NCBI GenBank assembly: GCA_963755025.1
Contig: CAVWIH010000014.1
Coordinates: 224,001 to 288,000 of the forward strand
Source of the DNA: an uncultured Actinomycetes bacterium
Lineage (GTDB): Bacteria > Actinomycetota > Thermoleophilia > UBA2241
Direction of reading: 5' to 3'
DNA: 64,000 nt
Shown: piece by piece, positions 28,512 through 38,646 of the stretch
Position numbering within the stretch: position 1 is the stretch's first letter
Layout: the number at the start of each line of letters is the position of its first letter
The notes under the pieces: model-generated
What the model saw: only the letters and a program-made list of their open reading frames with translations
What the model was told of the DNA's origin: nothing
Database searches by the model: none
Translations under genes and position numbers: made by a program

Positions 28512-29717
28512 TCAGGGCAGCTGCACCAGGCCGTTCTTCATCTTCGTCATGTAGTAGCGCTCGAAGCCCAGCTTGGCCCAATGCGACCAGGGCCCGGGGA
28601 TCATGATCTCGAACTTGCGCGGCTTGAAGACGCGGTCGAGGCCGATGATCATGCCCTGCGTGCCGGCGTCCATGATGCACAGCGGGCGGATGTCGCCGAA
28701 GGGCTTGACGATGGGCTCGGCCCCGGTGATGGCGGCGGCGATGTTGTGGGCCGTCACTTTGGCCATGACCTCGGCCATCCAGCCCGTCTTGGGCACGCCG
28801 GTCGGCACCTCGGTCGGGTGCGGCGGCTTGACCTGCACCGCGACCCCGGCGGCGTAGACATTGGCGAAGTCCAGATGCCGGTAGCCGTCGTCGACGGGCA
28901 CAAAGCCACGGGCGTCGCCGAGGCCGTCGGAGTCGAGGATGGCCTGCACGCCGGTGAACGGCGGAATGACGATGGCGTACTTGTGCTCGAGCACGCGCCC
29001 GTCGGACAGCGTGATGGCGCCCTTGCTCACGGCGCTCGTCGAGACGTTGGCGATCGCCTGCACGCCGAGCATCTTGAAGTAGCCCTTGAGCATGGCCTCG
29101 CCGCCGCGCATGCCGCCGATGCCGAAGTGGCCCAGGAAGGGCTCGGCGGTGAAGAAGGTGAGCGGCGCCTCGCGGCGGATCTTCGCCTGGCGCAACGCGC
29201 GGTCGATGTTGAAAGCCACCTCGTACTCGGCGCCGAAGCAGCTCGCCCCCTGGGTCGAGCCGATCACCACCGGACCGGGGTCCTGCACGAAGTCGAGCCA
29301 GGCCTTGGCGGCCTCCATGGCGTGGGGCAGGTTGCAGACCGACCAGGTGGTGCCGTCGGCCGGACCAAAGCCGGGCACGACGGCCCAGTCGTACTTGGGG
29401 CCGGTGGCGATCAGCAGGTAGTCGTAGCCGATCTCGCCCTGGTCTGTGATCACCTTGTTCTCGGCCGGCAGGATGCGCTCGGCCGTCGCGAGCGTGAAGT
29501 CGATGCCGCGGCGGCGCAGAGCCGGCTCGAGGGCGAAGCTGATCTGCCCGGGCTTGCGCCACCCGGGCACCACCCAGATGAGCGAGGGAATGAAGACGAA
29601 GCGCGGGTCGCGCGAGACGACGGTGACCTCGGCGCGGCCGTCGAGGTCGCGCTTGAGCTTGAAGGCGGCGCTCAGGCCGGCGAAGCTCCCCCCAAGGACG
29701 ACGATCCGTGGCGCCAT
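28512..29717 (-). CDS. sqr: Sulfide:quinone oxidoreductase (type I-like)
   Basis: FAD-binding GGSFAG; three Cys in type I positions (WSVCNLPHA, GASCFG, LCIMDAG); VPKTG motif; AKLGFERYY C-terminal helix. Confidence 0.88.
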   Translation of the reverse strand: MAPRIVVLGGSFAGLSAAFKLKRDLDGRAEVTVVSRDPRFVFIPSLIWVVPGWRKPGQISFALEPALRRRGIDFTLATAERILPAENKVITDQGEIGYDYLLIATGPKYDWAVVPGFGPADGTTWSVCNLPHAMEAAKAWLDFVQDPGPVVIGSTQGASCFGAEYEVAFNIDRALRQAKIRREAPLTFFTAEPFLGHFGIGGMRGGEAMLKGYFKMLGVQAIANVSTSAVSKGAITLSDGRVLEHKYAIVIPPFTGVQAILDSDGLGDARGFVPVDDGYRHLDFANVYAAGVAVQVKPPHPTEVPTGVPKTGWMAEVMAKVTAHNIAAAITGAEPIVKPFGDIRPLCIMDAGTQGMIIGLDRVFKPRKFEIMIPGPWSHWAKLGFERYYMTKMKNGLVQLP

Positions 29718-29854
29718 GGCTACTCCCCTCGATCGCGATTCGACTGTGACAAATCGTGCGGGCGGTTCCTACCCGACAAGCCTCGCCGCCAGCCCTTTCG
29801 TATCATCACCCGAACGGCATGCCGGACGGTCGCGGGACCAGGTCGACCGCGGCC

Positions 29855-30061
29855 TCAGCCCTGCCTTGTCGTGTCGAAGCCCAGCGGACGGTAGAGCTGG
29901 CACGAGCCCGTTGCGGCCGTGAACAGGAGTACCGTGCCCACGAGGCCCGCACCGAGGCCCAGCGGCCTCCTGGCCTTCAGGCCGGCGGCGAGAGCGAGGA
30001 GGCCGGCGCCAAGGATCGCCCTTGCCATGCGGTCGACGGCGCCTTCGTTGCGAGGGAACAT
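29855..30061 (-). CDS. DUF2892 (YgaP-like) small membrane protein
   Basis: RNEGAVDRMARAILG...TAATGSCQLYRPLGFDT. Confidence 0.85.
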   Translation of the reverse strand: MFPRNEGAVDRMARAILGAGLLALAAGLKARRPLGLGAGLVGTVLLFTAATGSCQLYRPLGFDTTRQG

Positions 30062-30067
30062 GACTGC

Positions 30068-30394
30068 CTACCTTTCCGGTTCGAGAGCCCGTGCGCGGAG
30101 CGTGAGCTCGCGCCCGAGGATCTCGTCGATCAAGGCGCAGGCTTGCGCCAGGCGTGGGTCGACGACGCCCCACGACACGCGGCCGCCCTCGCGGGTGCGC
30201 CGCACCAGCCCCTCGCGCTGCAGCACGGCGAGGTGCTGCGACACGTTGGGCCGGCTGACCCCCAGGAGCTCCGCGAGCTCGCTCGGCGTACGGGGGCCGT
30301 CGCACAGGTGGTGCATGAGCTCGTGGCGCGTGGGGTTGGCGAGGGCCGCGAACACGGCGGCGTGGATGGCGTAGCGTTGTCGTTCATCGTCCAT
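30068..30394 (-). CDS. ArsR/SmtB-family regulator, BigR/SqrR-like
   Basis: ALANPTRH, VSQHLAVL; Cys pair in HHLC and AQAC. Confidence 0.85.
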   Translation of the reverse strand: MDDERQRYAIHAAVFAALANPTRHELMHHLCDGPRTPSELAELLGVSRPNVSQHLAVLQREGLVRRTREGGRVSWGVVDPRLAQACALIDEILGRELTLRARALEPER

Positions 30395-30403
30395 GACCGC
30401 GTT

Positions 30404-30437
30404 ATTGCCAAGTTTCGCAATCCTGCAACATGGCAAT
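30404..30437. promoter_or_regulatory. Inverted-repeat operator between the divergent arsR and osmC genes
   Basis: ATTGC-N8-GCAAT (30404-30421) within a larger ATTGCCA...TGGCAAT inverted repeat. Confidence 0.55.
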
Positions 30438-30484
30438 TCTTCTGGCAGTCAGGTCAGACAAGGCATGAAGAAAGGGCCCGAGTC

Positions 30485-30880
30485 ATGGATATGCAGATCT
30501 ACTTCCCCGGCGGCAAGCGCGTCTTCGCCGGTTACGGCGAGTTCACCGTCGAGACCGATCAACCCGCGCAGGGCGGAGGCGACGGTTCTGCTCCGGCTCC
30601 CTTCGATCTGTTCCTGGCCTCGATCGGCACCTGCGCCGGCATCTACGCGCTCGGCTTCATGCAACAGAGGGACCTCGACCCGACCGACGCAAAGATCACC
30701 ATGCGCACCCATCGCGATCCGGCAAGCGGGCTCGTCAGCAAGATCGATCTTGAGCTGCAGCTTCCGGCGGACTTCCCCGACAAGTACCGCGACGCCGTGG
30801 TCAACGCGATGAACCTCTGCACCGTCAAGAAGCACCTGCACCAGCCACCGGCCTTTGAGATCACCACGGTGGCCGGCTGA
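30485..30880 (+). CDS. OsmC-family protein
   Basis: TDQP..GG..SAPAPFDLFLASIGTCAG...NLCTVKKHL. Confidence 0.9.
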   Translation: MDMQIYFPGGKRVFAGYGEFTVETDQPAQGGGDGSAPAPFDLFLASIGTCAGIYALGFMQQRDLDPTDAKITMRTHRDPASGLVSKIDLELQLPADFPDKYRDAVVNAMNLCTVKKHLHQPPAFEITTVAG

Positions 30881-31464
30881 TGGCCGACGCCTTCGACCCC
30901 CAGCACGCGGGGCGCTTCGAAGACCCGGCCCGCCTCGCCGCCCTGCCGCAGGCCGCGGTCGTGTCGCTGCTGCGCCTTGGTGGCGGCGAGACAGTGGTCG
31001 ACTACGGGGCGGGTACCGGCACCTACACGATCGGCGTGGCCGAGGCCGTCCCCGACGGCCGCGTCATCGCCGTCGAGGCGTTACCGCGCCTGGCCGAGAT
31101 GCTGCGCGCCAAGCTCACCCCAGAGCTCATCGACCGACTCGAGGTCGTCGAGACCGACTCCAACTCCGTGCCGGCACCCGATGGAGTCGCCGACCGCGTC
31201 GTCATGATCGACGTACTGCACCATCTGTACGACCAGCCCGAAGCGCTTGCGGAGGTCACGCGGCTGCTGCGTCCTGGAGGCCTCTTTGTCGTCGTGGACT
31301 GGGGCGACCGCGAGAGGCCTGTGGGCCCACCGCTTGACCACGTACTGGGGCTGCTAGCCGCGGTGCGCGAGTTGGTCTCGGGCATGGGCCTCTACGAGAT
31401 CGAGGGGCACGAGCCGGGCACGCTACTGCCCTGCCATCTCGCCGTGGTAGCCGGCAAGGCCTGA
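30880..31464 (+). CDS. Class I SAM-dependent methyltransferase
   Basis: VVDYGAGTG, VLHH, LLRPGG, DW..GPP. Confidence 0.88.
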   Translation: MADAFDPQHAGRFEDPARLAALPQAAVVSLLRLGGGETVVDYGAGTGTYTIGVAEAVPDGRVIAVEALPRLAEMLRAKLTPELIDRLEVVETDSNSVPAPDGVADRVVMIDVLHHLYDQPEALAEVTRLLRPGGLFVVVDWGDRERPVGPPLDHVLGLLAAVRELVSGMGLYEIEGHEPGTLLPCHLAVVAGKA

Positions 31465-31588
31465 GCAGCCCGGTCCTGCCGCCTTGGCCGAGCGCCCGTA
31501 GGCGGGCGGAAGACGTGATGAAGAACGAGGGAGCCGCCGCGCCGCCCGGGTTCGAGGGGCGCGGCGACCTCCTCGTTGCGCGGAGACC

Positions 31589-31999
31589 CTAGAGGACCTG
31601 AACGACGTCGGCTTCTTCGCAGCCCGCGATGTACTGGGCGATCCCGACGATGTCGTCGACGACGTCGACGAAGTCTTCGAGCGCGCCGGCGCCCCAGATC
31701 TTGCCCGCCGTGCCGCAACAGTGGATCTTGACCTTGCCCTCGGCCTTGAGGCTCCGCAGGTTGTCGAGCGGCGCGGGCACGCTGTTGTCGGCCATGCCGC
31801 TCAGCAGCTCCGCGTGAAGCTCCGGTCGATCGGCGTAGGCGCCGCCGCCGGCAACGTCCTTGCGAAAGGCGTAGGCGCCGCCGAGCAGCAGGTAGATGTC
31901 GACCTCCATATCGAGCGCCACGGCGCCGCCGGTGAGCGTGCTGGCGACGAGCAGCTTCTCGATGCTGCCGCTCGCCAGGCCGATGATCATCGAACTCAT
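31589..31999 (-). CDS. DsrE-family sulfur carrier protein
   Basis: ASGSIEKL, KIHCCGTA, DIVGIAQYI; last gene of the hdr operon. Confidence 0.75.
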   Translation of the reverse strand: MSSMIIGLASGSIEKLLVASTLTGGAVALDMEVDIYLLLGGAYAFRKDVAGGGAYADRPELHAELLSGMADNSVPAPLDNLRSLKAEGKVKIHCCGTAGKIWGAGALEDFVDVVDDIVGIAQYIAGCEEADVVQVL

Positions 32000-32061
32000 T
32001 GACTCCTCCTTCGAGCTCGCACGCACGCGGTCCGCGCCGGCTCTAGCCGGCGTCGGCCCTG

Positions 32062-32592
32062 TCAGATGAACAGGTTGACGTTAGCCTCGTCGGCCTCGCC
32101 CAGGTACGAGCCCACGCCGGCGAACTCGAGGCCGTCCATGAGCTCCTCTTCGCGCAGGCCCATGACGTCCATCGACATGGTGCAGGCGACCATCTTGATG
32201 CCCTGTTCCCTGGCGCTCTCGATGAGCTCGTCGAGGGTCATGACGTTGTTGTCCTTCATGACCTTCTTCATGAGGGGCGCGCCCATGCCGGCGAAGTTCA
32301 TCTTCGACAGGCCGAGCTTGTTGGCGCCCCGCGGCATCATCTTGCCGAACATCGCCTGCAGCGCCGACTTCTTCTTGCCGACCTGCACCTTCTCCGCCTT
32401 GCGCAGGGCGTTCAGGCCCCAGAAGGTGAAGAACATGGTGACGTCGTCGCCCATGGCCGCGGCGCCGTTGGCGATGATGAAGGCGGCCATCATCTTGTCG
32501 AAGTCGCCGCTGAACACGATGATCGTCTTCTTCGTGGTGCGCACGTCGACCGAGTCGGCGCTCTCCATGACGGCTTGTGTCTGGTCGTCCAT
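32062..32592 (-). CDS. DsrE/DsrF/DrsH-like sulfurtransferase (DsrE_2 type)
   Basis: FSGDFDK, AFIIANGAAAMG, FFTFWGL, VACTMSMDVMG. Confidence 0.9.
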   Translation of the reverse strand: MDDQTQAVMESADSVDVRTTKKTIIVFSGDFDKMMAAFIIANGAAAMGDDVTMFFTFWGLNALRKAEKVQVGKKKSALQAMFGKMMPRGANKLGLSKMNFAGMGAPLMKKVMKDNNVMTLDELIESAREQGIKMVACTMSMDVMGLREEELMDGLEFAGVGSYLGEADEANVNLFI

Positions 32593-32605
32593 CAAGTGCT
32601 CTCCT

Positions 32606-33583
32606 TCAAGATGCGTAGGCTGCGCGCAGGTACTGCGAGATGTCCTTGAAGCGCATGGTGTCGCCGGCCGCGTTGCTCAGGTTCACGAAGCACATGGGGC
32701 ACATGGTGACCGCGTCGGGCGCGGCCTCGCGGAGCTGCGCGACGCGCTTCTCCGCGTTGGCGATCGCCTTGGCCGGGTAGAGCGACTCGACGGGGCCGCC
32801 GCAGCACCAGGTCTGGCGGCCCGAGTTCTCGGGGTCGCGGACGGTCAGGCCGGCCGCGGCGAGCAGCTCGCGCGGCTCGTCGACGATGCCCTCGTAGCGG
32901 GCAAAGACGCAGGAGTCGTGCACCACGATCTCGCCCGAGAGCGCCCTGGCGGTGTGGCCGTTCGCGCCGAAGCCCTTCTCGACCAGCACCTCGAGGTAGC
33001 TCTTCACCTCGACGTCGTAGCCGCTCAGGATCTTGGGATAGACGCTGCGCAGCATGGTCGTGGTGTGCGGGTCGATGGTGATCACGGTCTTCACGCCGCG
33101 CGCTTTGAACGCGGCGTGGACCTTCTTGGCGTGCTCGACCACGACCTCGTCGAGGCCCAGGTCGTAGGCCAGGGCGCCCGAGTAGAGGTCGTCCTCGTAC
33201 AGGGCTCCGAACTGCACGCCGGCCTTGCGCAACAGGTGGACGACGTTGACCGGCACCTGGTCGTAGACGGCGCGCTCCGCTGCCGAGGGCCGTGCCATGA
33301 ACGCGGAGATGTTGAGCATGCGGTTCACGCGACGGCCCAGGCCGGTGTACTTGCCGAGCCACGAGTCGCCGAACTTGATCTCCGCCTTCACGAGGCCCTC
33401 GATGTACGGGATGAGCTGGTACATCAGCCCCGTATAGAGCACGGTCTCCCCGCCGCGCGGCAGGTCGAGGCCCTCGGTCCACTTGGTAGCCACCCGGGTC
33501 GACAGGGGAAGCACCGACTTTCGCAGGCGCAGGTTGTCGCCCAGGATGCCGATCACGTCACCGGTAGGAAGAGGCATCGTCAT
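32606..33583 (-). CDS. HdrB/HdrD-like CCG-domain Fe-S protein
   Basis: C-terminal HDSC, WCCGGP and TMCPMC intact; N-terminal CCG repeat lacks Cys (YTGLMY, DLYSG, TIDPHT). Confidence 0.82.
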   Translation of the reverse strand: MTMPLPTGDVIGILGDNLRLRKSVLPLSTRVATKWTEGLDLPRGGETVLYTGLMYQLIPYIEGLVKAEIKFGDSWLGKYTGLGRRVNRMLNISAFMARPSAAERAVYDQVPVNVVHLLRKAGVQFGALYEDDLYSGALAYDLGLDEVVVEHAKKVHAAFKARGVKTVITIDPHTTTMLRSVYPKILSGYDVEVKSYLEVLVEKGFGANGHTARALSGEIVVHDSCVFARYEGIVDEPRELLAAAGLTVRDPENSGRQTWCCGGPVESLYPAKAIANAEKRVAQLREAAPDAVTMCPMCFVNLSNAAGDTMRFKDISQYLRAAYAS

Positions 33584-33894
33584 CCCTCCCCAAGGCCGTA
33601 GCTGGTTCGCACGATGTGGTGCCGCAGCGTGCGCACGTTCTCGGCGATGTGCACGCCCGCGGGGCAGTTCTCTTCACACATCTTGCAGAGCAGGCAGGAG
33701 AAGACGCTTTCGGTCTCCGCCCTGACCCTGGTCTCCATGCCGAGGAGCACGTACCGGAACAGTTTGCGCACCTCGGCGTCGACGCCCATCGGACAGATGG
33801 CGGAGCACACCCCGCAGTTCATGCAGGCGTCGGCGTTGAACTCGTCGGAGCGCGCCAGCTCCATCGCCAGCCCGGGGTTCACGAGAGCCGTCAT
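33580..33894 (-). CDS. HdrC-like 2x[4Fe-4S] protein
   Basis: CMNCGVCSAICP and CLLCKMCEENCP. Confidence 0.85.
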   Translation of the reverse strand: MTALVNPGLAMELARSDEFNADACMNCGVCSAICPMGVDAEVRKLFRYVLLGMETRVRAETESVFSCLLCKMCEENCPAGVHIAENVRTLRHHIVRTSYGLGEG

Positions 33895-34190
33895 GAGCCC
33901 TCCCTCTCCACCACTTGGTAGCGGTAGTAGCCTTCGTCGTTGACTTCTTTGATCTCGGCCAGCCAGCCGTACTTGCGTAGGCCCATGACCCAGAACATCG
34001 CTTCGTGGGCCGGCCGCTCGATGGCCGCCGCGATCTCGGGCACCGTGAGGGGCCCGTCGGCGAGCACGGCCAGGATGCGGCGTCGCATGACCTGCTCGTC
34101 GCGCACGATCTCGCGTACGTCGCGCTGGCCCGGCGCGGCGTCCCTGATCACAGGGCGGACCGTCGTGATCGCCTTCTCGTCAGGCGTCAT
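33891..34190 (-). CDS. Small winged-helix-like protein inside the hdr operon
   Basis: RRILAVLADGPLTVPEIAAAI...LRKYG...EGYYRY; ATGA overlaps at both ends. Confidence 0.7.
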   Translation of the reverse strand: MTPDEKAITTVRPVIRDAAPGQRDVREIVRDEQVMRRRILAVLADGPLTVPEIAAAIERPAHEAMFWVMGLRKYGWLAEIKEVNDEGYYRYQVVEREGS

Positions 34191-35926
34191 GAGCAGGTCA
34201 CCTCCAGGAGGCCGTCGATCATGGACCTGATCTGGGCATCGGTGTAGCCCTGCAGGTCGACAGCGTCGCTGGCGCACACGGGCACGCAGCCGCCGCAGCC
34301 CTTGCAGGCCGTTCTGATGACCTGGGCAATCTGCCTGCCGTCGGCTTCGACCTGCTCGATCGCGTCGTAGGGGCAGGCCTCCTGGCACTTGCCGCACCAG
34401 GTGCAGGCCTCGGCGGCGACCAGCGCCACCATGGGGTCGAGCTCGGCGAAGCCGCGCTTGAGCATGGCGCCGCTCTGCGTGACGGCCGCAAGGCCGCTGG
34501 CGACGCTCTCGGCTGAGTTCTTGGGCGCCTGGCACGCGCCGCAGATGAGCACGCCGTCGACGATCGTCTCGACGGGTCGCAGCTTGGGGTGGATCTCGTT
34601 GTAGAAGCCGTCGTTGCCCACCGGAAGCTTGAGGACGCCGGTGAGCTCGGCGTTCTCGCGCGGCACCATGCCGGTGACGAGCACGACGAGGTCGGCCGGA
34701 ATGGCCACCTCTTCCCCGCCGGTCAGCAGGTCGTTCGTGGTGACCTTGAGACCGCCGGAGGAGAGTCTCTCGACCGCCGGCGGCTCGTCGTCGGGCACCC
34801 GCAGGTAGAGCGAGCCCTTCTCGCGCGACTCGCTCCACAGCAGCTCGTACTTGCCGTAGGTGCGCATGTCGCGGTAGAGGTGGTACTGACGCAGCCCGGG
34901 GTCGCCCTTGGCGGCCGCCTCGAGCGCGGTGTGCACCGCAGACGTGCAGCAGTAGCGCGAGCAGTAGGTGTGAGCGCCGTCTAAGCTCTCGTCCTGACGG
35001 CTGCCGACGCAGTAGACGTAGGCGATGGTCTTCACCGGCCGGCCGTTGTACTGCAGCGGGCCGTCCGCTGCGTCGACCATCGTCTTGAACTGCGGCAGCG
35101 TCACCACGCCGTCCAGGCCGTAACCGAACTCGCCGGCCGTCGGCTCGTAGTCGTCGAAGCCGGTGGCGGCGACGATCGAGCCGACGTCGAGCTGGATCGT
35201 CTCGAGCTGGTCGCCGTGAATGGCGATAGTCACCTGGTTGTTGCCAAAGCTGCCGCTCTTGGCCATCAGCTCGGCATTGGTGAACACGGTGATCGCCGGG
35301 TTGGCGCGCACCCTCTCCTCGAGCGTGGCCACCAGGTCAGAGCCCTTGCGGCCTTGCGGGAACATGGGGCCGTACGCGGCCACACGGCCGCCGAGCCGGG
35401 CCTCTTTCTCGACCAGGAAGACGGTGAGGCCGATCTCCGCCAGCCCCAGCGCCGCACGCAGGCCGGCGATGCCGCCGCCCACGACGAGGCTCTTGGGCGT
35501 CGTCTCGACGACGATCGGTTCGAGCGGTTCGGTGAGGCGCGTGCGGTTGATGCCGGCGCGCACAAGGCGCACCGCCTTTTCGGTGGCGCCGGTCTTGTCG
35601 TCGGTGTGCGTCCAGGAGCACTGCTCGCGCACGTTCACCTGCGTGTACTGGAAGGGGTTCATGCCGGCGCGCTTGGCGACGTCGCGGAACGTCAGCGTGT
35701 GCAGCTTGGGAGAACAGGAGGCCACGACGAGGGCGTCGAGGCCCTGCTCCTGGGCATCCTGCACGATCTCCTGCTGGGTCGCGTCGGAGCAGGTGAACAT
35801 CGCGGAGCGGGCGACCACGACGTCGTCGTCCCCCTTGATCTCGGCGACGACCTTGTCGACGTCGACGTAGTCGCCGATGTTGCCGCCGCACTGGCAGACG
35901 TACACGCCGATCTTGCGGCCGCTCAT
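34187..35926 (-). CDS. hdrA: HdrA-family flavoprotein with C-terminal ferredoxin
   Basis: CQCGGNI, SCSP, REQCSW, GGGIAG, CVGSR..CSRYCC, HPKLRPVET, two CxxCxxCxxxC. Confidence 0.92.
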   Translation of the reverse strand: MSGRKIGVYVCQCGGNIGDYVDVDKVVAEIKGDDDVVVARSAMFTCSDATQQEIVQDAQEQGLDALVVASCSPKLHTLTFRDVAKRAGMNPFQYTQVNVREQCSWTHTDDKTGATEKAVRLVRAGINRTRLTEPLEPIVVETTPKSLVVGGGIAGLRAALGLAEIGLTVFLVEKEARLGGRVAAYGPMFPQGRKGSDLVATLEERVRANPAITVFTNAELMAKSGSFGNNQVTIAIHGDQLETIQLDVGSIVAATGFDDYEPTAGEFGYGLDGVVTLPQFKTMVDAADGPLQYNGRPVKTIAYVYCVGSRQDESLDGAHTYCSRYCCTSAVHTALEAAAKGDPGLRQYHLYRDMRTYGKYELLWSESREKGSLYLRVPDDEPPAVERLSSGGLKVTTNDLLTGGEEVAIPADLVVLVTGMVPRENAELTGVLKLPVGNDGFYNEIHPKLRPVETIVDGVLICGACQAPKNSAESVASGLAAVTQSGAMLKRGFAELDPMVALVAAEACTWCGKCQEACPYDAIEQVEADGRQIAQVIRTACKGCGGCVPVCASDAVDLQGYTDAQIRSMIDGLLEVTCS

Positions 35927-38646
35927 GACGCCACCTTCGCTTTCGCCGCTTCGCTCACGTGCGCTCGCTCCAGGTGGGCTGCGGCCTGTGCGACCGCGGC
36001 GCCCGCGTGGAGGATCGAGTCGGGGATGTCCTTGGCCCCGGCGGCCGCGCCGGCGACGAATACGCCGGGGAGGTTGGTGCGACCGGGGTCGAGGTCTTCG
36101 TCGGCCTCGCCGACGTAGAAGTAGTCGTCGAGCGCGAGGGCGCCGTCGCCGTCGCCGAACAGTTCGGCGACCCCGAGGCTGGGCTGCACGCCGACCGCGA
36201 GGACGACCATGTCGTGCTCGGTCTCGGCGAGCGTGCCGCCGTTCTCGATGTCTTCGTAGCGCAGCACGAGGTTGCCCTCGCCCGTCTCGGTGATGCCCGA
36301 GACACGGCCCTTCACGAAGTTGGCGCCCATGTCTTTGGCCTGCTGGTAGAACTCGTCGTAGCCCTTGCCGACCGAGCGCACGTCGATGTAGTAGACGGTG
36401 ACGTCGGCGAGGGGCAAGGCGCCCATGATGAGCTGGTTCTGCTTGACCGAGTACATGCAGCAGATCTTGGAGCACAGCGGGTTGTCGACGGTCTCGTCGC
36501 GCGACCCGGTGCACATGACGTAGGCGATGTTGTCCGGCACCTTGCCGTCGCTGGGGCGCAGCACCGCGTTGTAGGGCCGCGTCGGCGCCAGCAGGCGGTC
36601 CATCTGCATGCCGGTGATCACGTTCTTGTACCGGCCGTACCCGTACTGCGGCTTGGCGTCGGCCGGGAAGAGCCTGAAGCCGGTGGCCAGCACCACGGTG
36701 CCGACCTCGGCCTCGAACTCGCGCTCGCGGTCGTCGAGGTTGATGGCGTCGGCGGGACAGACGTCGACGCAGGCGTGGCACTCCGAGCAGACGCCGCAGT
36801 CGAGGCAGCGGGCGGCGCCGAGGAACGCTTCGTCCTCGGTCAGTGTGGCCTCGGTCTCGGCGAAGTCGCTCGGCGAGGCGCTCATGGCGGCGCTCGACTC
36901 GAGCGGCTCGCGCCGGTCGTAGACGTCTTGCCGGCGAAGCACCGTGTCCTTGTCGACGACGGCCAGAGCCTCGTCGAAGGCGTCCGCGTCCATCGCGGCG
37001 CCCTGCAGGTAACGGTCGATCATGAAGGCGGCGCGGCGGCCGTGGCCGACGGCGCTGTTGATCATCGTGGGGCCGGTGACCACGTCGCCGGCGGCAAAGA
37101 CGTGCGGCACGGCGGTCTGCAGCGTGGCGGGGTCGGCCTTGAGGGTGTGGTTGCCGTTGGTCTCGAGGCCGAACGCCGCCGTGTCGGCGCCCATGCCGGC
37201 GGCGACGATCACGACGTCGCACTCAAGGGACTTGTGCTGACTCTCGTCGTACTCGGGCCTGAAACGGCCGTCGGGGTCGAAGACGCAGGTGCAGACCTTG
37301 AGGTCGGCGCCCTGCACGTGGCCCTCGCCGGTGAAGTGATCGATGCCCCAGCCGTCGTGCAGGGTGATGCCCTCGGCCCTGGCCTCTGCGACTTCGAAGT
37401 CGTGGGCCGGCATCTCTTCGCAGCATTCCAGGCTGACCTGGTCGACCGACGCGGCGTCGAGGCGGCGCGCCGTGCGCGCCGCGTCGATGGCGACGTTGCC
37501 GCCGCCGACCACCAGCACGCGTTTGCCGGCCACGTCGACGGCTTCGCCGAGCTTGACGGCGCGCAGGAACTCGAGCGCGGTCTGCACGCCGGCGAGCTCC
37601 TCGCCCGGCACGCGCAGACTCACGGACTTGTGGGTGCCCGTCGCCACAAGGACGGCGTCGAAGCCGTCGTTCTTGAGACCCGCGACGTCGTCGACCCGCG
37701 TGGCGGTCGCGATCTCGACACCGATCGCGGTGACGTTGGCGATGTCGTCGTCGATCACGTCGTTGGGCAGCCGGTATGCGGGGATGCCGAGGCGCAGCAT
37801 GCCGCCGGCCTGCGGGGCTGATTCAAAGATCTTGACGCCGTAACCCTTGCGCGCAAGCTGCCAGGCGGCGGTCAGGCCGGCCGGACCCGAGCCCACGACG
37901 GCGACCTTCTTGCCGTTCTGCTCGGGCTGCTCGAGAGGCTTCAGCTCTGCCTGCCCGTAGTGCCGGTCGGCGATGAAGCGCTTGAGCCGGCGAATGGGCA
38001 GCGGGCCCTCGAGCTCGCCGCGCGTGCACTGCTCTTCGCAGGGCGCGTAGCAGGCGCGCCCAAGCGAGCCGACCAGCGGCGTCGTCTCGAGCACCAGGCC
38101 AAAGGCCTCTTCGTATTCGCCGCTGCGCACGCGGGCCACGTAGCCGTGCGCCTTGATGCCCGCGGGGCACTCGTAGGTGCACGGCGAGACGCCGGCGCGG
38201 TCGATGACCGCCTTCTTGGGCACCGCCTGCGGAAAGGCGATGTAGGCGGCGCGGCGCGACACCATGTCGGCGTTGAACTCGTCGGGTACCGCCACGTTGC
38301 AGGCCATCTCGCACAGCCGGCAGCCGGTGCAGGCGGCCTCGTCGATGAACTTGGGCTTCTGGCGGATGGTGGCATGGTAGCCGCCGTTGCCGTCGGCGCG
38401 GATGCCGTCGACCTCGGCGTAGGTGAGCACGTCGATGTTGGGGTGGTGGACGGTGGCGGCCATCTTCGGGGTGGAGATGCAGCTCGCGCAGTCGAGCGTT
38501 GGAAAGACCTTGCTGAGCAGGATCATCTTGCCGCCCACGCTGGCCTGCTTTTCGACGACGAGCACCTTGTAGCCCATGTCGCCGAGCTTGAGGGCCGACT
38601 CCATGCCGCCGATGCCGCTGCCTACTACAAGAGCGTCGTACTTCAT
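35923..38646 (-). CDS. hdrA: HdrA with an inserted GltD/NfnB-like NAD(P)H module (HdrL-type)
   Basis: GSGIGG, KVFPTLDCASC, CTGCRLCEMAC; insert CTYECP, GRACYAPCEEQC, GSGPAG, GGGNVAID, AAGDVVTGP; then CLDCGVCSECHAC and CTGSRD..CSKICC. Confidence 0.9.
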   Translation of the reverse strand: MKYDALVVGSGIGGMESALKLGDMGYKVLVVEKQASVGGKMILLSKVFPTLDCASCISTPKMAATVHHPNIDVLTYAEVDGIRADGNGGYHATIRQKPKFIDEAACTGCRLCEMACNVAVPDEFNADMVSRRAAYIAFPQAVPKKAVIDRAGVSPCTYECPAGIKAHGYVARVRSGEYEEAFGLVLETTPLVGSLGRACYAPCEEQCTRGELEGPLPIRRLKRFIADRHYGQAELKPLEQPEQNGKKVAVVGSGPAGLTAAWQLARKGYGVKIFESAPQAGGMLRLGIPAYRLPNDVIDDDIANVTAIGVEIATATRVDDVAGLKNDGFDAVLVATGTHKSVSLRVPGEELAGVQTALEFLRAVKLGEAVDVAGKRVLVVGGGNVAIDAARTARRLDAASVDQVSLECCEEMPAHDFEVAEARAEGITLHDGWGIDHFTGEGHVQGADLKVCTCVFDPDGRFRPEYDESQHKSLECDVVIVAAGMGADTAAFGLETNGNHTLKADPATLQTAVPHVFAAGDVVTGPTMINSAVGHGRRAAFMIDRYLQGAAMDADAFDEALAVVDKDTVLRRQDVYDRREPLESSAAMSASPSDFAETEATLTEDEAFLGAARCLDCGVCSECHACVDVCPADAINLDDREREFEAEVGTVVLATGFRLFPADAKPQYGYGRYKNVITGMQMDRLLAPTRPYNAVLRPSDGKVPDNIAYVMCTGSRDETVDNPLCSKICCMYSVKQNQLIMGALPLADVTVYYIDVRSVGKGYDEFYQQAKDMGANFVKGRVSGITETGEGNLVLRYEDIENGGTLAETEHDMVVLAVGVQPSLGVAELFGDGDGALALDDYFYVGEADEDLDPGRTNLPGVFVAGAAAGAKDIPDSILHAGAAVAQAAAHLERAHVSEAAKAKVAS

